Sequence record: DRR723986_5581
Reading direction: 5' to 3' (one strand)
Length of the DNA: 51,440 nt
Part shown: positions 31,134-38,819 of the stretch, in pieces
How the letters are laid out: each line of letters starts with the position of its first letter
Numbering within the stretch: the first letter of the stretch is position 1
Program-made: the position numbers and the translations under genes
The notes under the pieces: model-generated
What the model was told of the DNA's origin: nothing
What the model saw: the letters and a program-made list of their open reading frames with translations, nothing else
The model's database searches: none

Positions 31134-32888
31134 CTATGCCGATCTTGCCAATTGCTCGACACGGAGCACCTCGCCCGTCCGACCGGCGCTCTGCTGCGCT
31201 TGCGTCCGAAGCGGCAGGGTCACAGTCACGCTTTCCCCCTGCCCCAGAATGGTCTGAACAGTCAGGCTGCCGCCCATGCGCTCCAGAAGGGCCCTGGAAA
31301 CGCCCAGCACGGTTGCCGCGGCCTCGGCACTCCAGCAAAGGCTGGACTGGCGGTTCTTCACCGAAAACACATAGTCGGTGTAGCCTGTACCGAGATCGAC
31401 ACCAACGCTCACCACGGCGCCAGCCTCGGAAGTTTCCACCATATCCACCAGCAGGAAACACAGCGCCTGCCGCAGCAATTTTCTGTCGGCAGCAACCAGC
31501 GGACTGTCCTGGCCGGGTTCGATTTCCAGAGCAACACCGCGACGCACGGCCACCCTTGCGACCATGTCCATGCATTGAACGAGACAGGCTTCGACATCAA
31601 CACCGGTAATCTCCGGTTCGCCGGGAGATCTGTCGGCCGGAACCAGATCCAGAGCCGCAGTGAGCGAGGCCAGACCCCGTTCGCCGGTTTGCCGCAGGGA
31701 CTGTACCGCCAACTTGAGCACAGGATCGGAGGAATCACGCCCCAGGCGCTCGAGACGTTCGAATTGTGCCAGAATGTCCGACAGCGCCTGCGAAGCTTCA
31801 ACGCCCGCCGTTTCAAGCATGTCCCGCGAAATACGGTCCGCGCGTGCGCTTCCGTCTGTGGCGGATCCCGCGGTTTTGCCTGCCGACGGCTCGATGGGTT
31901 CAAGAGGACGAAGCGTCAGCAGAAGTGCCGCACCGTTTTCAGAAGACGGACTGTTGTGCCGGCTGGCGCGCAGCTGCACCTCCAGACGCCGGTAGTCGGC
32001 CTGCCCTGCTTCACCCGGACGATTTGCGCCAACCCTCAAACGTGCCTCGAAGGTTCTTGTGGCGCCACTCAAACGGGCTTCGGAAAGACAGGTCAGATAA
32101 AGCGGCCGGTCTGCAACGTGAAGGCGCGGAAACAGCCAGTCCTCCCCGCTTTCCACCGGCAGGTGCCCAAGCACATCCTTCACCGGGCCGCCAATGACCT
32201 TGAGGCCACCGTCAGGCCCGAGTTCGCAATAGATGTCGGAGACACTCTGACTGATCTGGAGGCGCCTTTCCTCCGTTGCCCTCACAACTTTTTGCGCAAG
32301 AGACCGGTCAAGCGCGATGCGGAGCGACAGCAAACCGACATAAAGCAGAGCCGCCAGGGTCGCAAACGGCGTCGCCAGCCCTGGAAATCCGGAAGCCGGA
32401 AGGACAGGCAGCGGAACAAACATCAGGGCAAGGACCAGGGCACCGCAAAGCCCCGTCACGGCGAGTGCCGTCCGCCGGCTTGCTGCAAGCGCAGCCTCCA
32501 TCGGCGGCACCAGCAACCAAGCCAGCGCAAAGGACAGCGCACCGCCGGTAACCGCGCAGACACCGGCAACAAACACCGCGAACAGGGAAGCAGAAAGACC
32601 GGCAGCCTTGGACAGCGCGCCCGACTGGGACAGATAAAGCGCCAGAGGCCATTGGCTCAGCATCCAGGCGAGCGCGAGAAGAGTGGCTGCCTGAGGCGGT
32701 CCGGCCAGTGCCAGATGCAGTGGCAGTACCACCAGAGCCGCAGCGCCGCTGACGAAACAGCTGAGCAGAAACGAACGATGCAACGGTGCAAGAAAAGGAT
32801 CGGAAGCAGCTTCGGGATGAATCATTCCATCCACGCGAGCCACCCAGTGCCCCCAGATATTTTGCATGTTTTTCAGAAGGTTACGCAA
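31134..32888 (-). CDS. divJ: DivJ-like membrane sensor with degenerate histidine-kinase core (probable pseudokinase)
   Basis: Syntenic position (PG-binding/DUF1491 downstream, DUF5330-sufE-mucR upstream); multi-TM N-terminus; HVADRP.YL PAS-like motif; HATPase-like C-terminus (ADRKLLRQ...MGGSL.VQ...GQG..V.V.LP). H, N and G boxes are degenerate. Confidence 0.75.
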   Translation of the reverse strand: MRNLLKNMQNIWGHWVARVDGMIHPEAASDPFLAPLHRSFLLSCFVSGAAALVVLPLHLALAGPPQAATLLALAWMLSQWPLALYLSQSGALSKAAGLSASLFAVFVAGVCAVTGGALSFALAWLLVPPMEAALAASRRTALAVTGLCGALVLALMFVPLPVLPASGFPGLATPFATLAALLYVGLLSLRIALDRSLAQKVVRATEERRLQISQSVSDIYCELGPDGGLKVIGGPVKDVLGHLPVESGEDWLFPRLHVADRPLYLTCLSEARLSGATRTFEARLRVGANRPGEAGQADYRRLEVQLRASRHNSPSSENGAALLLTLRPLEPIEPSAGKTAGSATDGSARADRISRDMLETAGVEASQALSDILAQFERLERLGRDSSDPVLKLAVQSLRQTGERGLASLTAALDLVPADRSPGEPEITGVDVEACLVQCMDMVARVAVRRGVALEIEPGQDSPLVAADRKLLRQALCFLLVDMVETSEAGAVVSVGVDLGTGYTDYVFSVKNRQSSLCWSAEAAATVLGVSRALLERMGGSLTVQTILGQGESVTVTLPLRTQAQQSAGRTGEVLRVEQLARSA

Positions 32889-32960
32889 TCTACTCTACCA
32901 CACAACAATCGCGGAAACATCCGCTCGCACCTTTTGTACGGCCATTGTCGGTTGCAGCAC

Positions 32961-32975
32961 TTAAGGAACGATAAA
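32961..32975. promoter_or_regulatory. CtrA-box-like site upstream of the divJ-like gene
   Basis: TTAA-GGAACGA-TAAA (one mismatch); GANTC sites nearby at 32980 and 33051. Confidence 0.45.
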
Positions 32976-33213
32976 GGATGAATCCAAATCGCGTTTTTTT
33001 TCCGAAAAACCCATTGGCCTCAATATCTTGACCGGAATTAGCTAAAATTTGAATCAATATTTCAGAAAATACGATTTAAATACCTGATTTATTTTATGAA
33101 AATTGGCTTTTCCCGCTCAACCGGGGATTCTCATGTCGCTGGTAATGTGCCCTCATAACAAGCGCGCCAACGGCACAAAGGCACGCAAGACAGAACAGAC
33201 TATGGGTAGCGAC

Positions 33214-33684
33214 ATGTTCTTTCTCTTGAGGACGGCCTTTTGGCTCACCTTGGTGCTCGTCCTGATTCCCCTCGGGTCAGATCAGGAAGACACTTCGACG
33301 GAAAACATCGATCCGGTGTCGGCCTTCCTGGCGGCACAGGCAACGATGTCGGACATCGGCGGCTTTTGCGGACGTAATCCGCAGGCCTGCGAAACGGGAG
33401 GCGATGCACTGACGGCAATCGGCAGCCGCGCACGCGACGGCGCCCGGATTGTCTATGAGTTTCTCGACACGCAGATTGCCGAGAAATCGGGAAGCGAACA
33501 GCTGGTGACCGGCTCGACGCCCGTACAGAGTGCTGGCACGACGTCCGGCCAGCCTTCAGGCCAGGAACCTCAGGTTTTCGCCGGCACACCATCTTGGCAG
33601 CCGGTCTTTGATAACGTCTCTTCCAAAGAGGCAGTGCTTGGGCCGGTGCCACGGCCCAAACCACGCTCAGGCCAAAAGACCTGA
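33214..33684 (+). CDS. DUF5330-family protein
   Basis: MFFLLR.AFWL.LVL.LIP, A...D..GFC.RNP.ACE.G, A..GAR.VYE, C-terminal PVPRPKP. Confidence 0.85.
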   Translation: MFFLLRTAFWLTLVLVLIPLGSDQEDTSTENIDPVSAFLAAQATMSDIGGFCGRNPQACETGGDALTAIGSRARDGARIVYEFLDTQIAEKSGSEQLVTGSTPVQSAGTTSGQPSGQEPQVFAGTPSWQPVFDNVSSKEAVLGPVPRPKPRSGQKT

Positions 33685-33941
33685 GCACACTGGTCGTTCA
33701 AGATCCTACGACCTCCTGGATCTGAAAACGGCCGATTGCGCCCCCGCTGGAGCGCTGCTGCACGGCAGCAACGCAAAGACGGCTTCACTTCAGCGGATTG
33801 TTCCGCTGCGCCGCAGATGGAAAGCTGCCCATTTCATCTGCGGCGTATCTTTATTCTCCCCCTCTCTCGCACCTGCCGGCATTTGCACTTTGCCGATCAC
33901 GAGTTATATGAAGGCGGACAAGACCTTCAAAGACCGGTGCC

Positions 33942-34373
33942 ATGACCACAACCTTGAGCGAAATCCTTGAGACGTTTGATTTTCTCGACGACTGGGAAGA
34001 TCGCTACAAATACCTCATCGACCTTGGCAAGGAGATGCCTGATCTCGCCGACGCTGAAAAGACCGATGCCAACAAGGTGCGCGGTTGTGTGTCGCAGGTC
34101 TGGCTGATCACCTCCATCGACAAGACGGGCGACGGCACACCTGTGCTCAGTTTCCGGGGCGACAGCGATGCGCTTATCGTGCAAGGGCTCGTGGCCATCG
34201 TCACCTCTTTGTTCAGTGGCAAGACCGCGCAGGACATTCTTGACACCGACGTCGAAGGTATTTTTGCCAAACTGGGTCTGCAGGAGCACCTGACGCCACA
34301 GCGCTCCAACGGTCTTAAATCGATGGTCGGGCGCATCCGCAGCGACGCGCAAGGAGCTCTGGCAGCAGCCTGA
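33942..34373 (+). CDS. sufE: SufE family Fe-S cluster assembly sulfur-transfer protein
   Basis: DDWEDRYKYLIDLG, KVRGCVSQVW, GDSDALIV.GL, HLTPQRSNGL. Confidence 0.95.
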   Translation: MTTTLSEILETFDFLDDWEDRYKYLIDLGKEMPDLADAEKTDANKVRGCVSQVWLITSIDKTGDGTPVLSFRGDSDALIVQGLVAIVTSLFSGKTAQDILDTDVEGIFAKLGLQEHLTPQRSNGLKSMVGRIRSDAQGALAAA

Positions 34374-34472
34374 GAGCCCTTCAGTTTGATCACTCTGCTC
34401 TTTCGGCAAGTGCTTCAGTTGCGCTCACACTGAGCGCTCTCCGCAATTAACTGAAGATCTCCATCACAAAAC

Positions 34473-34504
34473 AAAAAAAGAGCCGCCCATGGGCAGCTCT
34501 TTTG
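34473..34504. terminator. Intrinsic terminator of mucR (likely bidirectional)
   Basis: Hairpin AAAAAAAGAGCCGCCC-AT-GGGCAGCTCTTTT flanked by A- and T-runs between convergent sufE and mucR. Confidence 0.75.
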
Positions 34505-34527
34505 TACTTCGACCTGGGCCGAAGGAT

Positions 34528-34944
34528 TTACTTGGAGCGCTTGCGCTGCTGGCCGAGGCCCATCTTCTTGGCCAGTTCCGAACGGGCAGCCGCATAGTTC
34601 GGTGCAACCATCGGGTAATCGGCACCCAGGTCCCACTTCTCGCGGTACTCTTCCGGGGTCATGTTGTAGTGCGTGCGCAGGTGGCGCTTCAGCGACTTGA
34701 ACTTCTTGCCGTCTTCCAGGCAGATGATGTAGTCCGGCATGACCGACTTCTTCACCGGCACAGCGGGCTTCAGCGGCTCCGGCTCCGGCTCGGTGGAAGT
34801 GCTGGCAGTTCTCTGCAGCGCGCCGTAAACTTCGTTGATCAGGCCTGGCAGATCTGTTGACGCAACGGTGTTGTTGCTCACATAGGCTGAGACGATGTCT
34901 GCCGTAAGATCAATCAGATTCGCATCCACCGGACTGTCAGTCAT
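34528..34944 (-). CDS. mucR: Ros/MucR zinc-finger transcriptional regulator
   Basis: [23 protein letters not shown]2H2 finger [29 protein letters not shown]. Confidence 0.97.
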   Translation of the reverse strand: MTDSPVDANLIDLTADIVSAYVSNNTVASTDLPGLINEVYGALQRTASTSTEPEPEPLKPAVPVKKSVMPDYIICLEDGKKFKSLKRHLRTHYNMTPEEYREKWDLGADYPMVAPNYAAARSELAKKMGLGQQRKRSK

Positions 34945-35260
34945 ATTTCACCCGTTCTCTACTGATTTCAAAATTAGCTTTGTGGTTTACCTGCAAAAAA
35001 TGTCTGCCGAAAGCGGAACTAGAAATTCAGTTACTTGCGGGCCCAGAAATCAAAAACGATTCTACTTTGCAGGCAATCGTCACAGCCTTATATCGCCGCT
35101 TTCGTTGAACGACAACCCCGTAATTCAAATAAAAATCGATCAGAAGCAATAAAAATCAAATTGTACAAATATTGGCTATACCTAACGCACCTATTTCGAC
35201 AATGAACCGATAGTATTGTCAGGAAATCTGTCTTTCAGGACCATTGCCGCACACCATGCC

Positions 35261-35605
35261 TCAGCTTTTCGGCCGGACAGTTTTTGCAAGGGCATCTTCC
35301 TTGGTATCGGCACAGGGACGGTAGCCAGCTGCGTATGCAGCTTTTGCCAACAAATGAGCCGAAATTGGGGCGGTGAGCAGGAAGAATACGACTCCGGCGA
35401 TTGCCCGTGTGACAACGGCCAGATCGCCAGCATGAACTGCCAGCGCAAGCAACATCACGCCCGACCCCAGAGTACCCGCCTTGGAGGCCGCATGCATTCG
35501 CATGTAAACATCTTTCAGACGGATGATACCGATCGATGCGACCAGTGCGAAGGAAGCACCGACGACCAGCATGATACCGGTGATGATTTCAACGGCAGCA
35601 TTCAT
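35261..35605 (-). CDS. mnhG: Na+/H+ antiporter subunit G
   Basis: [34 protein letters not shown]. Confidence 0.93.
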   Translation of the reverse strand: MNAAVEIITGIMLVVGASFALVASIGIIRLKDVYMRMHAASKAGTLGSGVMLLALAVHAGDLAVVTRAIAGVVFFLLTAPISAHLLAKAAYAAGYRPCADTKEDALAKTVRPKS

Positions 35606-35958
35606 TGTCCCGCCTCCCTGCGCTTAATGCTCTCTTCGACTTCGTCCATGATCGTCTTGTCGCCGGCAAGGCCGCGGTTCAGGACGAAGCGTGCGAAAGC
35701 GACGGTTGCCAGGAAGCCGACGAGGCCGAGCGTAATCGCAATGTCGATGTAAAGATAAAAGCCGGTGGAAACGCCGATGGCCGCGATAAAGCCGATCCCC
35801 ACCGCTACCAACATGTCCAGGGCGACAACACGGTCCGGAAGGCTCGGTCCCTTGACCGTCCGCACGACGATGATGATGAAGGAAATCGTCAACAGAGCCA
35901 GCGCGATCTTGACGCTGATTTCCAGGAAACCGGAAGAAAAGGTCTCAAACGGTGTCAT
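35602..35958 (-). CDS. mnhF: Na+/H+ antiporter subunit F
   Basis: [25 protein letters not shown]. Confidence 0.93.
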   Translation of the reverse strand: MTPFETFSSGFLEISVKIALALLTISFIIIVVRTVKGPSLPDRVVALDMLVAVGIGFIAAIGVSTGFYLYIDIAITLGLVGFLATVAFARFVLNRGLAGDKTIMDEVEESIKRREAGQ

Positions 35959-36431
35959 CTGAACACCTCCAGGATCTTGCGTTCAAAACCGTTCTTGATG
36001 TCGTCGATCGTAGCTTGCGGGTCAGGCACGTCGATACAGTGCACATAAAGCGTCTTCCGGTCGTCGGAGACATCAACGGACAATGTGCCCGGCGTCAGGG
36101 TGATCAGATTGGCCAGCATCGTGATTTCAAAATCCCTGTCCACTGTCAGCGGAAACGCGATGATGCCCGGCTGCAACTTGATCTTCGGCTTGAGCACGAT
36201 GATCGCAACCCGCCAGGCCGACAGCACCAGTTCATAGACGAAGAGCACAGCCAGACCGAAGCCCTTGGAGACCCGCTGGAAATAGGCGGCAGTACCGACC
36301 TGTTCCCGGATCAGGTAAAGCGCGCCGAAACTGAGCACGAAACCGAAGGCCAGATTGACTTCAGAGAAGCTGCCCGTGACAGCTCCCCAAGCCAGCATCA
36401 GAAGAATGTTGATGAGAAAGAGACTGGTCAT
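35955..36431 (-). CDS. mnhE: Na+/H+ antiporter subunit E
   Basis: [35 protein letters not shown]. Confidence 0.93.
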   Translation of the reverse strand: MTSLFLINILLMLAWGAVTGSFSEVNLAFGFVLSFGALYLIREQVGTAAYFQRVSKGFGLAVLFVYELVLSAWRVAIIVLKPKIKLQPGIIAFPLTVDRDFEITMLANLITLTPGTLSVDVSDDRKTLYVHCIDVPDPQATIDDIKNGFERKILEVFR

Positions 36432-38017
36432 CCCTGGCCCCCAAAGACTGAACGCAGGTAGCCGAGCGGTTCAACAATGCCGCTTGCCCCTCGCGTTGAA
36501 AGCTCCAGCATCCATTCCGGCTGCAGGCCGAAATAGACAACAAGCGCAGTCAGAATGCCGAGTGGCAACCAGACTGCGGCTCCAGAAAGTTGCGCGCCGC
36601 CCTCGCCCGTCACGGCAACGGCCTGCCCGTCAGTAGTGCCTTCAGGTCCACCGCGCCAGAAGGCGAAGATCCAGACCCGGCCCATCGCCATGGTTGTCAG
36701 GAACCCGCTGACAAGAATGGCAGCACCCAGCCAGGTTCGGCCGTCTGCGAAGGCCGCATCCACAAGAATGACCTTGGGCCAGAAACCGGAGAATGGTGGC
36801 AGACCCGATACGGCAAAACCAAGTACCAGGAATACGGCTGCGAACACCGCACTCTTTTGATAGAGCCCACCCAGCTGCCTCAGGTCGTAGGAACCGCCCA
36901 TCATGTTCATGATGCCCGCTGCCATATAAAGTGCCGTCATGACGATGATCGAATGGACCGCGTAGAAAATGGCACCCGAGACTGCCAGCGTCGAACCAAC
37001 GGCAACACCGGCGAGCATCGACCCGATGCCGGCAATGACCACATAGCCGAGCAGCCGCCGCACTTCACTCTGCGCCAGAGCTCCGATCGCCCCTGTCAGC
37101 AGGGTGGCGATGGCAACCAGCGCGATCACATCGGCCATATAGCCGCGGGAGGCCGGCAGGATCAGAACAAAGATGCGGATCAGCGCATAAACGCCGACCT
37201 TGGTCAGAAGGCCTGCAAATACCGCCGACACCACCACATTGGGCGTGTGGTAGGACGCAGGCAGCCAGAAATTGACCGGGAACGCGGCCGCTTTCATGGC
37301 AAAGGCGAGGAAATAGAGCGCGGCAACCGTTGCCAGTGTGCCGGAAGCCGGATTTTCCAGGGCGGCAACCTTCATGGCGAGGTCCGCCATGTTGAGCGTG
37401 CCGAAAATTCCGTAAAGCAGACCTGTCGCGATCAGGAAAAGGTTCGTGCCGATCAGGTTCAGGACACCGTATTTGACCGCGCCGTCAAGCTGGATCCTGT
37501 CGTTGCCGAGGACCAGAAGCCCGTAGGACGAAATCAGCAGAACTTCGAACCAGACATATAGGTTGAACACATCCCCGGTCAGGAACGCGCCGCAAACACC
37601 TGTCATCAGCAGTAGCAGGAATGGATAAAAACCATATCTGCGTCCTGTGCTGTCAACGGTGGCTGCGCCGAAAACACCCGCACAGAAGGCTACGATTGAG
37701 CCGATGAGTGACAGCGTGACACCAAGCGTATCCACTGTGAAGGCAATGCCGAACGGCGGCAGCCAGCTGCCCATCACCATGGTAATGACACCATGATCGA
37801 GCACCCGGATCAGCAGGGCAAGGTTAGCCAGCACCAGCAGCGCCAGAAAACCGATGCCGACTTTCGGCTGCAGATCGGTGTTCTTGCGCAGCATCAGGCA
37901 CAGCGCACCGCCCAGGATTGTGATCAGCGAAGGCGCGACCACCAGCCAGTCACCCGCCGCAACGGGCGTAGTGACCATGGCCTGGGAAAGATCGACGGAA
38001 ACGGAAGAACCGGCCAT
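36428..38017 (-). CDS. mnhD: Na+/H+ antiporter subunit D
   Basis: PPFGIAF.VD, GAFLTGDVFNLYVWFEV, FWLPASY, GLLTKVGVYA, GLPPFSGFWPK. Confidence 0.95.
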   Translation of the reverse strand: MAGSSVSVDLSQAMVTTPVAAGDWLVVAPSLITILGGALCLMLRKNTDLQPKVGIGFLALLVLANLALLIRVLDHGVITMVMGSWLPPFGIAFTVDTLGVTLSLIGSIVAFCAGVFGAATVDSTGRRYGFYPFLLLLMTGVCGAFLTGDVFNLYVWFEVLLISSYGLLVLGNDRIQLDGAVKYGVLNLIGTNLFLIATGLLYGIFGTLNMADLAMKVAALENPASGTLATVAALYFLAFAMKAAAFPVNFWLPASYHTPNVVVSAVFAGLLTKVGVYALIRIFVLILPASRGYMADVIALVAIATLLTGAIGALAQSEVRRLLGYVVIAGIGSMLAGVAVGSTLAVSGAIFYAVHSIIVMTALYMAAGIMNMMGGSYDLRQLGGLYQKSAVFAAVFLVLGFAVSGLPPFSGFWPKVILVDAAFADGRTWLGAAILVSGFLTTMAMGRVWIFAFWRGGPEGTTDGQAVAVTGEGGAQLSGAAVWLPLGILTALVVYFGLQPEWMLELSTRGASGIVEPLGYLRSVFGGQG

Positions 38018-38022
38018 GTAGC

Positions 38023-38400
38023 TTAGTACCCTTGCGGCGGAGTTTGGTCGTGTTCGGGTTCGGCGATGCGCATTTCGTTGACTTCATCGGTGCCAAGTTC
38101 CTGGTAGGCCCGGAAGGCCAGCACCAGCAGAAACGCAAAGAACGAGAAGGAAATGACGATTGCCGTCAGCACCAGCGCCTGCGGCAGCGGATTGGCCGTC
38201 GCGGTTTCCGGAGCATAGAGATGTTCCGGAATGAGCGGCGGAACCTCGCGCGTCAGGCGCCCGTTGGTGAAGATGAGCATGTTCACGGCATTGCCCAGAA
38301 TGGCGATACCCAGAAGAATGCGCACAAGCTGCTTGGACAGCATCAGGTAGACGGCCACGGTGAAGAACAGGCCAATCAGGATGACAACGCCGGTTTCCAT
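38023..38400 (-). CDS. mnhC: Na+/H+ antiporter subunit C
   Basis: ANPLPQALVLTAIVISF signature. Confidence 0.95.
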   Translation of the reverse strand: METGVVILIGLFFTVAVYLMLSKQLVRILLGIAILGNAVNMLIFTNGRLTREVPPLIPEHLYAPETATANPLPQALVLTAIVISFSFFAFLLVLAFRAYQELGTDEVNEMRIAEPEHDQTPPQGY

Positions 38401-38819
38401 CAGTCGGCCTCCCTTTCTTCAAGCGCCAGTGCAATGGAGCCGATGGCACCCACCACCACCAGGTAAACGCCAATGTCGAAGAACAACGGCGTCGACAAGG
38501 CGATCTCCACGCCGAAAACATGCACCTCCAGCCACTGGCTGGTCATGAAGGCCTGCGCCTTGAATATCGACGGGATGCCTGCCACAGCCGCCAGGAACAA
38601 TCCGAAACCGGATACCCCCATCGGGTGGAACACGATGGCGCGGCGAACGGAAGCAACACCGCAGGCGATACCAAAAATCGCCAACGCCGATGCGGCAATC
38701 AGGCCGCCGATAAACCCACCACCCGGCTCGTTATGGCCGCGCAGCAGCACGAAGATCGAAAACAGCACCATCAGCGCGGACAGATAGGGCGCAATGGTGC
38801 GGAAGATGATCGTACGCAT
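38400..38819 (-). CDS. mnhB: Na+/H+ antiporter subunit B
   Basis: LLRGHNEPGGGFIGGL, FFDIGVYLVVVG. Confidence 0.95.
   Translation of the reverse strand: MRTIIFRTIAPYLSALMVLFSIFVLLRGHNEPGGGFIGGLIAASALAIFGIACGVASVRRAIVFHPMGVSGFGLFLAAVAGIPSIFKAQAFMTSQWLEVHVFGVEIALSTPLFFDIGVYLVVVGAIGSIALALEEREAD

Noticed and set aside
30337-31575. 412-aa version of the PG-binding protein overlapping divJ; similar long 5' extensions of ppdK, DUF1491, the ABC ATPase and the sulfotransferase
   Set aside because: The extensions are low-complexity, overlap real genes or lack an RBS. Downstream starts match family N-termini.
31134-32888. Calling the divJ-like gene a pseudogene
   Set aside because: The frame is intact end to end, fold-defining hydrophobic residues are kept, and it abuts the next gene with a 5-nt gap. 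Only catalytic residues are lost.
30987-32981. 664-aa ORF antisense to the divJ-like gene
   Set aside because: Shadow ORF of a GC-rich coding strand: Arg/Gln/Pro-rich, no motifs, no RBS. Its length is expected from stop-codon scarcity.
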